Positions 1 to 14,255 are shown, counted from the first letter of the stretch. The stretch is DNA of 64,000 nt from Eledone cirrhosa (GCA_964016885.1 OZ024742.1:279062001-279126000), one strand, 5' to 3'. Program-made: numbers and translations. Notes: generated by a model from the letters alone, not told the origin.

Positions 1-138
1 TGCCTAAGAGAGAAGAACCCTTTAGATAAAACCGTGTCGAGGGACATTAAAGAGATTAGGAGTGACAAATCTAATCTGCTTCTAGCATTTTTAGTGAGGA
101 GAAGCTTTGAATACCGACGTTATGGAGGGAAACATTGT

Positions 139-1110
139 TTGAAGATGGACAAGTCTAGCTTAATATGTATATTACTTATCGTTTTCTTCTTGTGCTGTAG
201 CTTAATTCTTCTTAACATAAAAGAAAGATTTTAAAAACAAAAACAACACAAATTTGTTTATTAGTAAGACAGGAATGCAATTTTGATTTTGTTGCTAATT
301 TGGAGTTTCGAGACTTGCAAATCGTAATTATTGCTGCGCTGGTGGTTATATCCTCCGTTGGTCGGATGGTTGATTTGTTGGTTGGTTTGTTAATAAGTTG
401 CTTATATAATTTTGTTTTTGGTGGTGGGTTTCGATGTTCTTTTACTGCTGTATTTCGTAGAGTAAGTGAGTAACTGATCGTTTCGGGAGTTTTATAATGT
501 TTATGAATAAGAAATAATCAATATGGTGTACAAAATCAGTAAAATCATGAACTATGTGCCAAGTACTATTTAATTACAGACTTATATTTATCTTTACGTT
601 CAGCGTTCCAATCCCATCGCGGTCGATTCTTTGAAGATGCGCATGTCTGGCTTAATATGTATGTTACTTTTTTTAATGGTTTTTCTGTTTATGCTATAGC
701 TTAATTCCTCTGAACATAAAAGAAAGATATTAAAAACAAAATACTAATTTCTTTCTTAGTAACAAAGAAATGCATTTGATTTTGTTGTTAATTTGGATAT
801 CGGGGATTTGGATATCGGGGATTGATGCTACGCTGGTTGTTACTTCTTCAGTCGGCTAGTTGGTTTGTTGGCTGGCTGGCTGGCTGGCTGGTTGTTTGGT
901 TGTTTGGTTAATTATTTGCCCAGATGATTTTGTTGGTGATTGGAAAGTTTCGTTGATGTTTGGTGTCTTTTATTGGTATTTTGCTCTGTATTTGATTGAG
1001 TTAGTGAATAACCGACCGTTCCCTTTATCCTACGGGAATTTTGTGTTGATTATGAAAACGAACAGATCAATAATAATGTACAGAAACAGTACAATGGCCG
1101 ACGAAATGCC
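139..1110. repeat. Diverged tandem duplication, ~490-bp period
   Basis: ttgaagatg...gcttaatatgtat...aacataaaagaaagat...aaaaacaaa at ~139-240 recurs at ~631-740; similarity continues to ...gtaca(a/g)aa(t/a)cagta at ~530 and ~1080. Confidence 0.75.
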
Positions 1111-1559
1111 AGTGTCATATAATGATATTTAGTTACGTAATTTCGCATATATATTTACATCCAGAATTTTGCCTTTTCATTCTTCTTAGGTCCGTTGCTG
1201 TTGTTTATTCACATATTATCAGTATCTTGCAGAACTATGAGCAAATGTAGAATCCCCAGAGCGTTTGAACGAAATGCCAGCGGTACTTCGTTTACGAATT
1301 TTAAGTTCAGAGTTCTAATACTACCGAGATCGATCTTGCTTTTTATTTTGTCTGTCATTTTCGTTTTTGTTGTTGTTTACCTCAAGGATAATCCTCGCCG
1401 TGAATACTTATATGATCGAATACTTCCCACATAATACCATTCCCTACATAATTTTGTATAGACTGGAAATTATCTTGGAGCATGAGGATACATTGTTTAG
1501 TGTTTAACGTCGTTCATTTTTCACAGACGAACCCAACCGATTCTGAGAAAAGGAGAGAT

Positions 1560-1712
1560 AAGGGATGGGGGTAGTGATGAGAGAAAATGAATCGAAGTTA
1601 GTATTTGACGGGTACTTTATTTTATCGACGCTGGATAGACGAAAAGTATAGGTAATATCGGTGGGATTTGAACGCCGAGTGCAAAGAGCTAGAACCAATA
1701 CTGCAATGCGTC
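1560..1712 (-). mobile_element. tRNA-derived SINE, decayed copy
   Basis: ggtactttattttatcgac...gggatttgaac matches the reverse complement of the SINE at 28368-28550. Confidence 0.7.
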
Positions 1713-1754
1713 TTAATGGTTTTTTCGTTCTCTCTCTATCTCTATCTCTCCCTC

Positions 1755-1976
<222 letters not shown>

Positions 1977-2151
1977 ATTTAAATGTGCGTGGTTTTGTAT
2001 ACCTATGGCAAGTGTTTTCGTGTATGCTTGTGTATGTACGTATTTGCATGCGTTTATGTATTTATTTAATTCTATTACCTCTGTATTGTATTTTATTTAC
2101 TTTATTCTTAACTCTGAGGGCGCAGATTCATTCAGTTTCCTAGTTAGAATT

Positions 2152-2560
2152 TTAGTCTACGACTTCAGCTATACCATTTACGTGGTTTTGTCTTTGCGTG
2201 CAATTGTTCTCCCCGTTCCACATATGAAGTATTATCTTCGTTTTTTCCGTTCATTGCCAGAGAACGTCTCTATGAACCAGCTAATAGTACATTAGTCTAC
2301 GACCTCTTTTAGACCATAAACGTGGTTCTGTCTTTGCGTGTAATTGTATTTCACCGCTCCTATTAATGACGTATTATCTTCGTTTTTTCCGTTCATTGCC
2401 AGAGAACGCTGTATGAACCACCTAAGAGAATATTAGTCTACCACTTCTTTTATACCATAAACGTGGTTCTGTCTTTGCGTGTAATTGTTTTTCACCGCTC
2501 CAAATAATGACGTATTATTCGTTTTTGCCGTTCTTTGCCAGGGAACGTTTCCACGAACCA
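2152..2560. repeat. Tandem repeat, ~140-bp unit x ~2.9
   Basis: ttagtctac starts at 2152, 2292 and 2433, each followed by acgtggtt(t/c)tgtctttgcgtg...cgtt(c)(a/t)ttgccag. Confidence 0.9.
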
Positions 2561-2639
2561 AAGTATCGTCTTCCTGTCTTCCTCCGGTTGCAACGTTTTT
2601 TGAAATATCCAGTTCTGCGTTTACAGATTGACTTTGTTA

Positions 2640-2820
<181 letters not shown>

Positions 2821-3193
2821 GGAGAGAGAGGGAGCGGGAATTACCTCGTGGGTTCATAGAGCTGTAGAGTAATTTGCTATGCTGGTTTAATTTCTGTGTG
2901 AGTAAACGAAGTAGAATATCGCTGTATTAGAGTTGTAATCAATAGCTCTGATAACTGATGACACCACCAGTTTCGCCTGTCATCGACACACTATATGGAG
3001 TCACAGTTTTCAATTGTAACTAAAGAAAGGGTATTTCCATGGCGTTCCTTTTTTTTTTAAATTTGAAATAGGAGTTGTTCTAAAGAAATAGCCCAAGGGA
3101 GTTTGAGAGAAAATCCTTTAACCAGATGCTTTGCGGTGAAAGTTGTAATGGTTTATAATTCACAACCTTTGAGAGCGGGGATAGTTAATTATA

Positions 3194-3398
3194 ATGGTTT
3201 CTGATTTAGGCATAAGGCCAGCAATTTGGGGTAGGGGAAATCGACTTAATCGACCCCAGTACGTAACTGGTACTTTATTTTATCGAGACTGTAAGAAAGA
3301 AAGGCAAAGATAAACTTAGTGGGATTTAACTGTGAGCGTAAAAGACCAGAATAAATACTGCGACGCATTTGTCGACGCTCTACCGACTCAGCCAATTC
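3194..3398 (-). mobile_element. tRNA-derived SINE, near full length
   Basis: Tail aaggccagcaatt, core ctggtactttattttatcga...aaaggcaaag, head ctctaccgactcagcca (reverse A box). Confidence 0.8.
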
Positions 3399-3727
3399 AT
3401 CGCGGGGAAAGTTAATTATAATGACGTCTACAACTACTTGTATTTTGTGGGCGTTATGACGCCACTCTTGCCATCCCCACCGCTTCTACAATGGCTTCTG
3501 TTTCCTGGAACTGAGTGGATACATTCCATCATTACTCGGGCACAATAAATCTCACTCAGAAACAAAAAAATTAGTCGTATTTTGTGTAGTTCATATTAAT
3601 GACTGAGTGATAGGTTCAGATCTGTAGCACATCTCATGCCAGCAGCACAATAACCTATGATATTCTACGGCTACATTTGAATAGTATTTATTCTTTCGGC
3701 CATGACATAATGAGAAATATGTCGCAC

Positions 3728-3800
3728 TTATCTATGCGTTGGAAATCAGCACTTAACTATGCGTTGGAAATCAGAACTTATCTATGCGTTGGAAATCAGA
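3728..3800. repeat. 25-bp minisatellite x3
   Basis: ctatgcgttggaaatcag repeated three times. Confidence 0.9.
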
Positions 3801-4899
3801 AAGAAAAATCAAACGGTCGTTCGTTTGGGCACAAACTTATTTGTGGGTGTTGATGTAACCTGGGCAAATGTTTACAAATTTCGATTTGTAATCATGAGGT
3901 TCCTAGGTATATCCCACTACATGGGTTTTTGAAAAGAATTGTTAATACATCCTTGAGTTCCTCGCACACAGCTCGCTTCACAATCGCGATGTTCTTGGTT
4001 GTATTCTACTGTGTGGCATCTAGGGCAAGTGTTATTTGTTTCTTTCGTTTTGTTTCATTTTTATCATTGCCTCGGGTCGATCTAAGCCTTGCATATGAAA
4101 CTGGGAAAAATGTTACAGGGACGAACATTTATTGTACGATTAATTATGGAACTCAACATTTCAACCATGCGTTTTACAGTTGAGATGCTGACTTGACAAC
4201 AACAAACGACAATATTCAGGCCATTTTGGAATTATAGTGATATTTATATCTATAAAAAAAAATAGCAAAAATATGTATTCTTATTCATTTATATGACTTC
4301 CTTAGGTATTAAGATTTAAAATAACTTACATCAAGAAATGTAATAAGCTGTCAGTAAATTGCAGGTTATCTTCAGTTTATTATCGGTTTTTTTACTAGTA
4401 TATCCCCCCCCCCCCTGTATTAGTTAAGGATTTATGTACACTGCTACAACGCCATCTCTCTGAGATTGGTGGTTCAAGATATTCTCCAAATCTCCAAAGT
4501 AATGAATAGTTTGCAGAACGTTTAGATAATCGAATTACATCAATATTTTATATTTGAAAATATATTTCGCCACAATGCAGATAATTATAATAATAGTTGG
4601 ATAATTCTTTTAAAGTACAATTGGAGACAGAAAAAGTGTCAGCGCAGGTATCTATGTCGACTTTGTTCGTTTTGTTTTGGTAATTTATCCAATTTAGCCG
4701 ACAGTTATTATAGTTATCTACATTGTGTTGACTATATTATTAAATTCCAATGTTCTCCATTCTTCGTATGTCAACCAATTTTGTAATATATATGTTTTTG
4801 TAGTATTATATATTTCGTAGAGCATAACATTACAAAAGTATATTTGTTTCTGTATTTTGAGTATTCTGTATTTTGCAGAGTATAATATGGGTACTTATT

Positions 4900-5510
4900 A
4901 GTTAGCTTGGATTCGACAATCTCCCTACAGTTCTTTGTCAGACACTTAGTATAGACCATACCGATGAGGTTTTACAAGGAGATCCCTCTCTAATTGGAGC
5001 AATTTTCCTTGTCTCCCTTTTAGAAAATTGTGATTTTTACTCCCGATTGCCTTTGTTCGGGTGCCTTGGGTGTCTCTATTTAAAGCTTTTGAAATGTTTG
5101 GTCCAATTTCATCCTCCCCAATGGGCTTTTCACATTTGAGCTCTATCATTACTCTTGTGACCTCAGTATCCGAGATATGTCAACGCTCCCAGATGTACTT
5201 CGTTGAATTGGAAGAGCCGTTAAAATGTCGGATAGTATGCTAGGCGGAGTTCGTTCCAACTCTCTACCTTCTGTGTTCATATGACACTGATGTCAAGTTT
5301 GCCTTTCATCATGATCACTTCAAGGAATAATGCATCATTGCAATACTTGTGTCAACCTTTTCTCCACATATCGTTCTGATTTTTATTCTTGGTTTTTATA
5401 AATATCTCTTGAGGGAATTAACTATGTTCCCACCTGGAGAACCACTAGCTTACGGGACATAAAAAAAACTCAGTACCGGTTCTTAAGCGGTGTACACTTA
5501 AGGAGAGCCA
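4900..5510 (-). pseudogene. Highly decayed Penelope-like RT remnant
   Basis: Reverse strand shows, across frameshifts, GSP(L)S-like, RYVE (RYVDD-like), FLEV..GKLDISV and PPSIL motifs in PLE order. Confidence 0.4.
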
Positions 5511-5514
5511 CGCG

Positions 5515-5597
<83 letters not shown>

Positions 5598-5752
5598 TAT
5601 AGATATTTTGAGTATATGTTGGTTGTATACTAATACCTTAGTATACAGGCTGGAGCACTCGACGAGTGCGCAGGTTGGTTTGGTTACTCCGGGGTAATGT
5701 AAAATAAAGTAAAATAAATAAGTCAAATGTTTAAAATTTAGCTTCGTTTATT

Positions 5753-5807
5753 ACTGCTATATATATTTCGGTGACAGCCATCCTTGGCTGTGACCTCTTC
5801 AGGCAGT
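5753..5807 (-). ncRNA. Minimal type I hammerhead ribozyme
   Basis: ACUGC-CUGAAGA-GGUcACAGCCA(agga)UGGCUGUcACC-GAAA-U-AUAU-AUA^GCAGU: stem I 5 bp, stem II 10 bp, palindromic stem III. Confidence 0.85.
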
Positions 5808-6182
5808 TTGAATTAGTGTGGTATAGACAAGTACATATGTTGTTGAGGTGTATAATTTTGTCAATACTCTGATATGCCCAGTTCCTGGTTGGGTTGTTAT
5901 TTCACTGTATTTTCCTATGAATACAAACAAACGAATTTCAGTGTCAAAGGGCCTCTTCTCCTCTCATTGGTCAGTTGTTAGAACATTCCTCATACAAATG
6001 TTCTAACAACTGACCAATGAGAGGAGAAGAGGCCCTTTGACACAGAAATTCGTTTGTTTGAATTCATATGATTCCAGTTCCTCAGTGAAATAACAACCCA
6101 ACCAGGAACTGGGCAAATGAGAGTATTGACAAAATTATACACCTCAACAGCATATGTACTTGTCTATACCACACTAATTCGG

Positions 6183-6237
6183 ACTGCCTGAAGAGGTCAC
6201 AGCCAAAGATGGCTGCCACCGAAATATATATAGCAGT
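6183..6237 (+). ncRNA. Minimal type I hammerhead ribozyme
   Basis: actgc CTGAAGA ggtcacagcca aaga tggctgccacc GAAA t atat ATA gcagt; intact core. Confidence 0.85.
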
Positions 6238-6362
6238 AATAAACGAAGCTAAATTTTAAACATTTGACTTATTTATTTTACTTTATTTTACATATATATA
6301 TCTACATATATATACATATATATACATATATATATATACATATGTATGTATGTATGTATATA

Positions 6363-6461
<99 letters not shown>

Positions 6462-9123
6462 ACTATAAAAATCCGTTTCATTCCTCTCGACGGAAATATT
6501 CCAGTCGTCGTTTCAAAATGGTGGTTTACGATATTAACTTATGTATTTTACCAGAAATTAGTAACGGACCAGATATATACACGACATTTTATATGCTATG
6601 TTTCACAGACGATTTACTGTAGTCAATATGTTGCAGGTGGCGGACGATTTAATAATAACTCTGGCTTAGTTTCACTACATAAACGTTTTACTCTACAATC
6701 AAGTGTTTTTTTGTTTAAGTTTATCCTAATTAATTGGTGACTCATCATATGCAAATAGTTACACCTAACTTGTTTTGGCAACCTGAATTAGATGGATGAT
6801 GTAATTTTTGAACCGATGTAGGATCACCACCTGGCTCTACTCTATTATTGCAATATTAGAACCAAATTCTTATTGTTGATCTTCTTGTTGCTGTTGCTGT
6901 TTAAACGCATGTCGACCCTGATCAGAAAGTCCTACGAGAAAGAGAAACCCAGTTAAATAATGATCGTTCCTGTTTTGTTAAAGTTATTTAGTAAAGGCAT
7001 TCCTCGAAATACTATATATAACCTACTGGAATTATATCCAGTCACAATTACAAGCAATTTTATTTTCATCCGTGCACACGCTTTTTTGTTTTTCCTGGGA
7101 TACAATATGCTTCAGCAGTTAAAGTTAAATGTTCCTACGTCCGATCATACATGCAGAAAGACACCAAAACCATATCTGGTAAATTAAAATATATTTGCTA
7201 CGTTTAAATTACATATGAACAATGCATATAGAATATCCCTATACAGATCATACGTGTAGGTTTCAAGTTTATGACCATTTCGACGTGCAATCGGATAATT
7301 AGAACGAGACACTTTCGTAAGTCGGAGAATGCCTGTATTACATTCTCAAATGTATCATTTCCGTTCTTAAATTGGCTTGGATGTGATGTAATAGAGATTT
7401 GACAAACATTTCTTCCAATTAGAGCCAGCTCGACAAAATATCCTTCACTCATTCTTTCGCTCGCAAACAGAGTCTTAATTCTATAGCTTTTCCCTCCTTT
7501 TATAGTGCCAGTATTATGAGATGGTACATGTGCAAAAGTCGGTTTCCATTAGGCCTAATCAATTGTTAATGAAAAGAGCTATTATTATTGCGGTTAGAAA
7601 AATGACAATGACGAAAATGACAATTCAGCATATTGTCTTCTCAAGTATTTATAGAATCAAGTATTCTTCTAGAATATCACAAAAGTAACTTCACTGGAGA
7701 TAGATGAAATAGAAATTTAATTTCCCTCAAACTAAAACGATTCTTTCTATATTGATTTGATCTGAAAGAAGGGCACGCTCCCAAGACCTTCACAGTCACT
7801 CTGAGACAGAAACACATTAGACACCATAGTAGAACATCACGTTTTTATGTCACTAACCATAAAAAGAGATCGACCTGAATAGTTTCAATGTTTTTCAAAG
7901 TTTCTTCAGATGAAGGTTTTAAGGCATATTCGATAACGTAGTTCTAGAAAGGCAGAGAACAAGATGACCAGGGCCTGAGTGCCTTTGATCCATGATTTGC
8001 TCCTTTCACATATCAGTCATTGTTAAATCTAAAAAATTAAAACGGCAACAAAAGTAAAACAAAATCGAGTTTAAATCTCACAGATGACAACTTTGCCTTT
8101 CTTAGTTCCGGGCTTATAAAATTATATAATATTGCACGACAGTAGTTTAGCAGATTTCTGGAGCTTTGGACAAGATGCACTGTGGTATATCTTCCACTCA
8201 TTTTGGTTCTGGTTTCAAAATATGCTCTGGTCCACGTGATTGGTAGATTTAATCGATCAACGAGTTTAACGGTATTATCAACCATTTGGGTGGCTTTAAC
8301 TCAACCCACTTGCAAATTAGCTAACGTGAGACTAAATGTTTTGGTATTCCAACTTCCCACTTCATCTTTCGCCTGTCGATAACTAAAGTACATGTGAAGG
8401 TGTGTTGAATTGAGTGAATTTTTAAACATTGGGACAAGATGCCTCGCAGTATTTGAAGAGGCTGTTATGGATTTTGATTTGAAAACTTGATTCGTGTAAC
8501 GGAAAAGCAGTGATGCCTCTACCAGGATTTATGACAGGCAAATAGTATGAACAAAGTAAGGTTCAATAGAAACATAGTCCAATTTGTCTATGAGTTGCTT
8601 TCCCTCGTTTGGGTCCTAACTTCTTTCTTTTCAACAATATCAGAAGCCCTGGAAAGGGTTAGGGGCACTGCGCTAAATTCTCCGAATAAGCAGTAACAAA
8701 TTACAAAACAAAAAATAAAATAAAAAAGAAGTCAGAGCTATAGAGTGAACACGAAACCGGCGTCTTAAGGTTTCTAGGTGCAGGTTCTGTAATTTCATTA
8801 ATACTTTTCCTAGCCACTCTATCAATGTCATTCACGAACGAAAACTTATATCTTTAACACTGAAATGTTCTGGAGAAAGCTGCTTCCCTGCGCGAGGTTT
8901 ACATTGAGTCTGAGTGTATTATGCATCATTGTCATAATTCTCATTTCAACATAATGGACTAATTATGACTTCTAATACTCCCATGTGGAGTTCAACCAGC
9001 TCTGAAATACAGCGTTTATATACACACATTCAAGCTTATGTATCTACATGCGTACATATATTTGTACATAAATACGCATGTGTGATTTTACAATTTTTTT
9101 GTCTCCTGCCTTGATATATATAT

Positions 9124-9169
<46 letters not shown>

Positions 9170-9172
<3 letters not shown>

Positions 9173-10509
9173 GTGAAAAATGGAACGGGAACAAAACAGA
9201 GAGGCAGTTCGAACAAAAGTTTATTAGTTTCACGCTCTTGAGAGTGGGGGGTGATGGTGGAACGACATTTCGGGCATAAGCCCTTCTTCAGGCGAAAACT
9301 GTGTGGAAAGAGAGTTCCGAGGGTGTGTAGGGGAGTGGGGGAGAGACATTTAGAAAAGGGGTGGGGGGAACGCTGGAAGGGGTACAAATGAAAATAAATA
9401 TAAAAAGATAAAAATAAAAATAAACATGAAGATAAATAAGTCGTGGAAGGGTGTGGGCATGTAGGGGTGGTGGCGTGTGGAGTGGGGAGAGGGAGGCGGG
9501 CTGTCCGAGCGGGGAGGGTGAAGGTGGTGTATGTGTGTAGGTGTACGACTGTGTGTGTGTGTGTGTGTGAATGTGAGAGTTGGGGGAAGAACGAGGTTCC
9601 ATGTTCAGTAAAAGGTGTGTGTGTGGGGTGGGGTGTAGGTCGGCGTGTGTGTGCGCGTGTGGATGGGGAGGGGTCAGATGGGTGGGGGAGTGGGGGAGAG
9701 GATTCCGGAGGCTGAGTGTGTATATATGTGGGATTACACACGTGTGTGTGGTGTTTATACGTATTGTGGATGTAGGTGGCGTGAGTGTATGTCCGTGGGT
9801 AAGTTTCTAAGGTAGTTCCGTAGAGGGTGTGGTGAAATGGCTGATATTTTCCTTGTGATAGAGTTGATGGTGGGAACGATGGCCAATGTGTGTAATCCGT
9901 GGTTGTGTTGGTCGGAAGACGGGAGATGTGGGGTGCGCGCGCAACAGGAAGTGGTCAGAGAGTCAAGGCAGGAGGAGGGTAGTGGAGAATGACATGTGGA
10001 GAGGGCTGTGTATCTGTGTGTTCGGAGGGGTGGTCAGAGGGTCAAGGCATAGCAGCAGTAGAGGAGAATGGCAGGTGGAGAAAGTCGGTGTGTCAGTGTG
10101 TGCGGAGGTGCGGTGGACAGGGGAGAGTATGGGTAGGTGTGAAAGGTGGAGTCGGGAGGTGTCTTGTGAGGGGAGGGGTGTTAATTATTAGAGGTGTTAG
10201 TGGGATGTGTGTGTGTGTGTGTGAAGGGGCGTGGGTGGAGCGGGGAGAGGGAGAGAAAGGTCTGGGGTACGGTGGAGGGATTGTAGTGTACTGGTGTGTG
10301 TGTGCGTGTTTGGATGAGTGTGTGTGTAGTGAAGGGGGTTTTAGTGGGTCTTAGTATACTGGTGGTGGGGAAAGGGTTGAATGCGGGTGTGTTAGTGGTT
10401 GTCAAGTGGTTGTAAGGTGTGTAGAGTGGGTGGTGTAAGTGGGCGTGGGCGGGTGTGTCTGTTCGTGTGCGTGGGGTCGGGGGGATGTTAGTGGTATTAG
10501 TTGTGGGTG

Positions 10510-10510
<1 letters not shown>
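9170..10510 (-). mobile_element. Probable PLE-derived non-coding segment (C/A-rich on minus strand) ending in a hammerhead-like motif
   Basis: Minus strand 9263-9292 reads CTGAAGA a gggc ttat gccc GAAA tgtc, followed downstream by aataaa; stem I not evident. Confidence 0.4.
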
Positions 10511-10538
<28 letters not shown>

Positions 10539-10544
<6 letters not shown>

Positions 10545-10917
10545 TAATAAAAACAATGAATAAAAACAAAGAAACAGTTCCTTATATTAAAAAATTCATC
10601 ATTTTACGATCGTTTCTAGTATATATATATGTGTGTTGGTATGTATATCATATAGATCTATGTAAACATTTTACAAACTATCAGAGAAACTATACATACC
10701 TACACATATATATGCTGTCTTCACATTATTTCTGAAGACAGCATATATATGTGTAGGCATGTATAGTTTCTCTGCTAGTTTGTAAAATGTTTACATAGAT
10801 CTATATGATATATATACCAACACACACATATATATCATAGAAACGATCGTAAAATGATGATTTTTTTAATATAAGGAACTGTTTCTTTGTTTTTATTCAT
10901 TGTTTTTATTAATTTAT
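10539..10917. repeat. Inverted repeat (~185-bp arms, ~9-bp spacer)
   Basis: aaattaataaaaacaatgaa...gctgtcttca / tgaagacagc...ttcattgtttttattaattt. Confidence 0.95.
10724..10859 (+). ncRNA. Type I hammerhead ribozyme with ~100-nt stem II insertion
   Basis: cattattt CTGAAGA [atatatatgtgt...acacatatatat] GAAAC GATC GTA aaatgatg; 8-bp stem I, ACGATCGT palindrome, GUA site. Confidence 0.7.
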
Positions 10918-11344
10918 CTTATCTCTGTTTTCCTGTGATTTTTATCGAACAAATTTTTGAATACATCTTCTCTGTTCATGATATTTGGATTACATTGAGT
11001 TCTTCATACGGATTGGACACTACCGTATATTTTGGTAGATTTATCTACATATATATATATACATATATATAAAATATAGTATATACATGTATAACCATGC
11101 TTAAGTATATCAAGTATTGTAAGTGAGAGTATCAATCATTTCCAAAAAGTGTAACATCACATTTCTAAAGTGATATAGCACACACTAAATAAACAAACAC
11201 AGGCATTCCTCAATCACAAACGTTGCACGTTGCGTTTCAATGAAAGAAACGCCATGATAGAAAGCATGATAGAAGTCTCAATTCTCCTGAATCTTACCAT
11301 CTTTCTCACACACACTCTCTATCCCCCTCACCACCGCTCTATGT

Positions 11345-11451
<107 letters not shown>

Positions 11452-11608
11452 TCTATGTATGTGTACATTTCCATTTACAAGTGTGCACCTGTCGATGTAT
11501 GTAGATGTGCGTGCACGTGTGTACACACACATTCGCAGACAGCCACATACATTTATATATATGTATATATCCTGCTTCTCCGCCCAGAAGAAGAAGAAGA
11601 AGATATAC

Positions 11609-11807
<199 letters not shown>

Positions 11808-12315
11808 GACTAAAAGTGAGATTTCTCGCTCATTCATAATACATTTTCTACTCTGTGTAACCATAACATACAGGAGTGCAACTGAGATAGATACATACGT
11901 AAAGAGATTAAGAGCAAGGAAAATATGAAAGAGAGGGAAGATAAGCAAGAAAGAGCGAAAAAAGGAGGTATGGAAATCTTTAGCAAGAGTATATGCGATA
12001 GTTGATACGTAGAAACCAGATCTGGCTTTTGAGAGATCCTGGCTGTTCTCAAAGAAATAACACATGTCAGACACAAGAAAACAGATAGAAACTTTGACCC
12101 CCAGAGAACCATGTTGGAACAGTTTGTTTATAGAATTATATTATATTATGATTTTCCACCACACTCTCTCTTACTCATTTATTGTAATAGTGTAATAGTA
12201 GGCCCTCATCAGTATCAGATATGGAAGGCCGACACAGACATAATGGTAAAAAGTATATGTTTACATTAAATGACAGACACATACAATCGTATATACATGC
12301 TCACACATACATACA

Positions 12316-12368
<53 letters not shown>

Positions 12369-12808
12369 TGTATATATACGCATGAAGGTATATGTAGATA
12401 TATGTGTCTGTGCATGGGTATGTGTGTGTGTTTGTATGAATATGTGTATATATATTTTTTATTTTTCACTACATTCATGCTTCGTTTTCACTGATTTGTA
12501 ATACATATCCAGCCATAAACTATGGATGCTCGAAATGGATAGACACAAATGGTTTGGCGTCAGTTTCAATTATGTGTATTCCATATTTTCGATCAACAGA
12601 ATGATCTGGTTGTTGAAATAAGGCAGAAATGGCCGAGTATTCCTGAATTATTTGCAACCTTCATGTAGTTGTCACAGAGATTCAGTGTAATTCAGTGGGA
12701 AATAACTGCTACTTTGATTTACAACTGCAGCTACTATATCTTTAAGTAATGTATGTATGTATGAATATATATATATATATATAATCTTTCTCTTTCTCTC
12801 TTTCTATA

Positions 12809-12855
<47 letters not shown>

Positions 12856-12970
12856 ATATTTTGTATATATCTATATATATGTGTGTATATGTGTATATGG
12901 ATATATAGTAAGGTGTATATATAGTATATATGTAATGTCTATATGTATATATAGTAAGGTGTATTCATCT

Positions 12971-13044
12971 TCACCTCACGAGATCAGTGATAATCGATCA
13001 TGGCAAAACGATCGATCTATCTCTTATTGAAACATGTGTCGTGA
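12971..13044 (+). ncRNA. Decayed hammerhead ribozyme (core G5>C)
   Basis: tcac CTCACGA gatcagtgata-atcgatc...gatcgat-ctatctcttatt GAAAC ATGT GTC gtga. Confidence 0.55.
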
Positions 13045-13090
13045 TTAAAATGATTGGAAATTTATACCATGCCTTCGGGTCTTTATTTTG

Positions 13091-13186
<96 letters not shown>

Positions 13187-13216
13187 AGATCAAAAGATGG
13201 TTAAAAGAGTTCCATG

Positions 13217-13287
13217 TATTTTATTATGCGCATTTCAAAAACAAATATCATCATGCAATAATATTTGTGTTTTCATCAGATAAAATA
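13217..13287 (-). ncRNA. Minimal type I hammerhead ribozyme
   Basis: UAUUUUAU-CUGAUGA-~16-bp stem II-GAAA-U-GCGC-AUA^AUAAAAUA; perfect 8-bp stem I. Confidence 0.88.
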
Positions 13288-14255
13288 GGAAGACATGATA
13301 TGAAGGTTAAAAAACACTTGTGGATAGTGCAGTTTTAAATCAACATATGAAAAGTAGTTTTAGATTGATGTGTGATATTGGGAAAAAAATGTTTGAGGGT
13401 GGGGGTGGGGTGGAAAGGATAAAAAAGAGGAGGAGATGTGAGTAAAAAGTGGAGGGGGAGGAGTATAATGAGGAAGGATGAGATAGGAGGAGAGATGGGT
13501 GATAGAGAGAGAGAGATAGCTTTTATAACTGAGGAAAATATATTGTTTTACATAGAGAGGTTGAAAAACCGTTGGAAGATAATGTATAAATTAAAAGAAT
13601 TTGAAAATTAACGAAGAGAAAAATAATGTAAAGTTAAGGTTTGTATATTGAAGGGTTTAATAATATGTGCGATGAAAAGAAAATGTTAATATGTATTAAG
13701 AATAATATTGAAGGGTTTAATAAGATGTGCGATGATGGAAAGAAAATGTTAATATGTATTAAGAATAATATTTAAGGGTTTAATAATATGTGCGATGGAA
13801 AGAAAATGTTGATATGTATTATTAAAAAAACAAAAGTAATGTAAGTAAGGATATATTGTGAGATGAGCATGAATAAGTTAGATGAAAGGGAGAAAAAATA
13901 ATGAATTGAGGATGAATAATCTAACGTCAAAAAAATGTGTTTATGTTTACGAAAGATTTTTTCAAGGTGATATAAAGTAAGAATATATTGTATTGTGTAA
14001 TAATTGTTTCTATGTTAGGCACAGTGATAAAAGGTACAGATTAGGGGTTAGAAATTAAAAGAAAAAGAAAAGAAAAGGAAAAGCAAGAAAGGGAAGTGAT
14101 AAATAGGAGTGATATAGAATGAGTAACAATTATTATATAATGTATAATAAATAACTTTGAAATAAGGTAGAAAGATGGGTATATTTTTAAAGAAATATAT
14201 ATATATATATATGTGCCTTTGAGAAAAGGATTCTAAATTGATAAAGTATTGGATA

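Larger units (their letters stand above)
5697..6293. repeat. Long inverted repeat (~290-bp arms, ~9-bp spacer), PLE pseudo-LTR type
   Basis: 5697-5987 is the near-perfect reverse complement of 5997-6293. Confidence 0.95.

Noticed and set aside
2152-2560. Regularly spaced repeats resembling a CRISPR array
   Set aside because: Whole units are homologous (no unique spacers), there are no cas genes and the context is eukaryotic
2950-2990. Minus-strand cGATGA caggc GAAAC tggt motif
   Set aside because: Incomplete core and no stem II
8030-8790. Possible pogo/Tigger transposase relic (minus strand)
   Set aside because: Only faint motif resemblance (LSSNTARHLVPM-like), no TIRs; needs an HMM search
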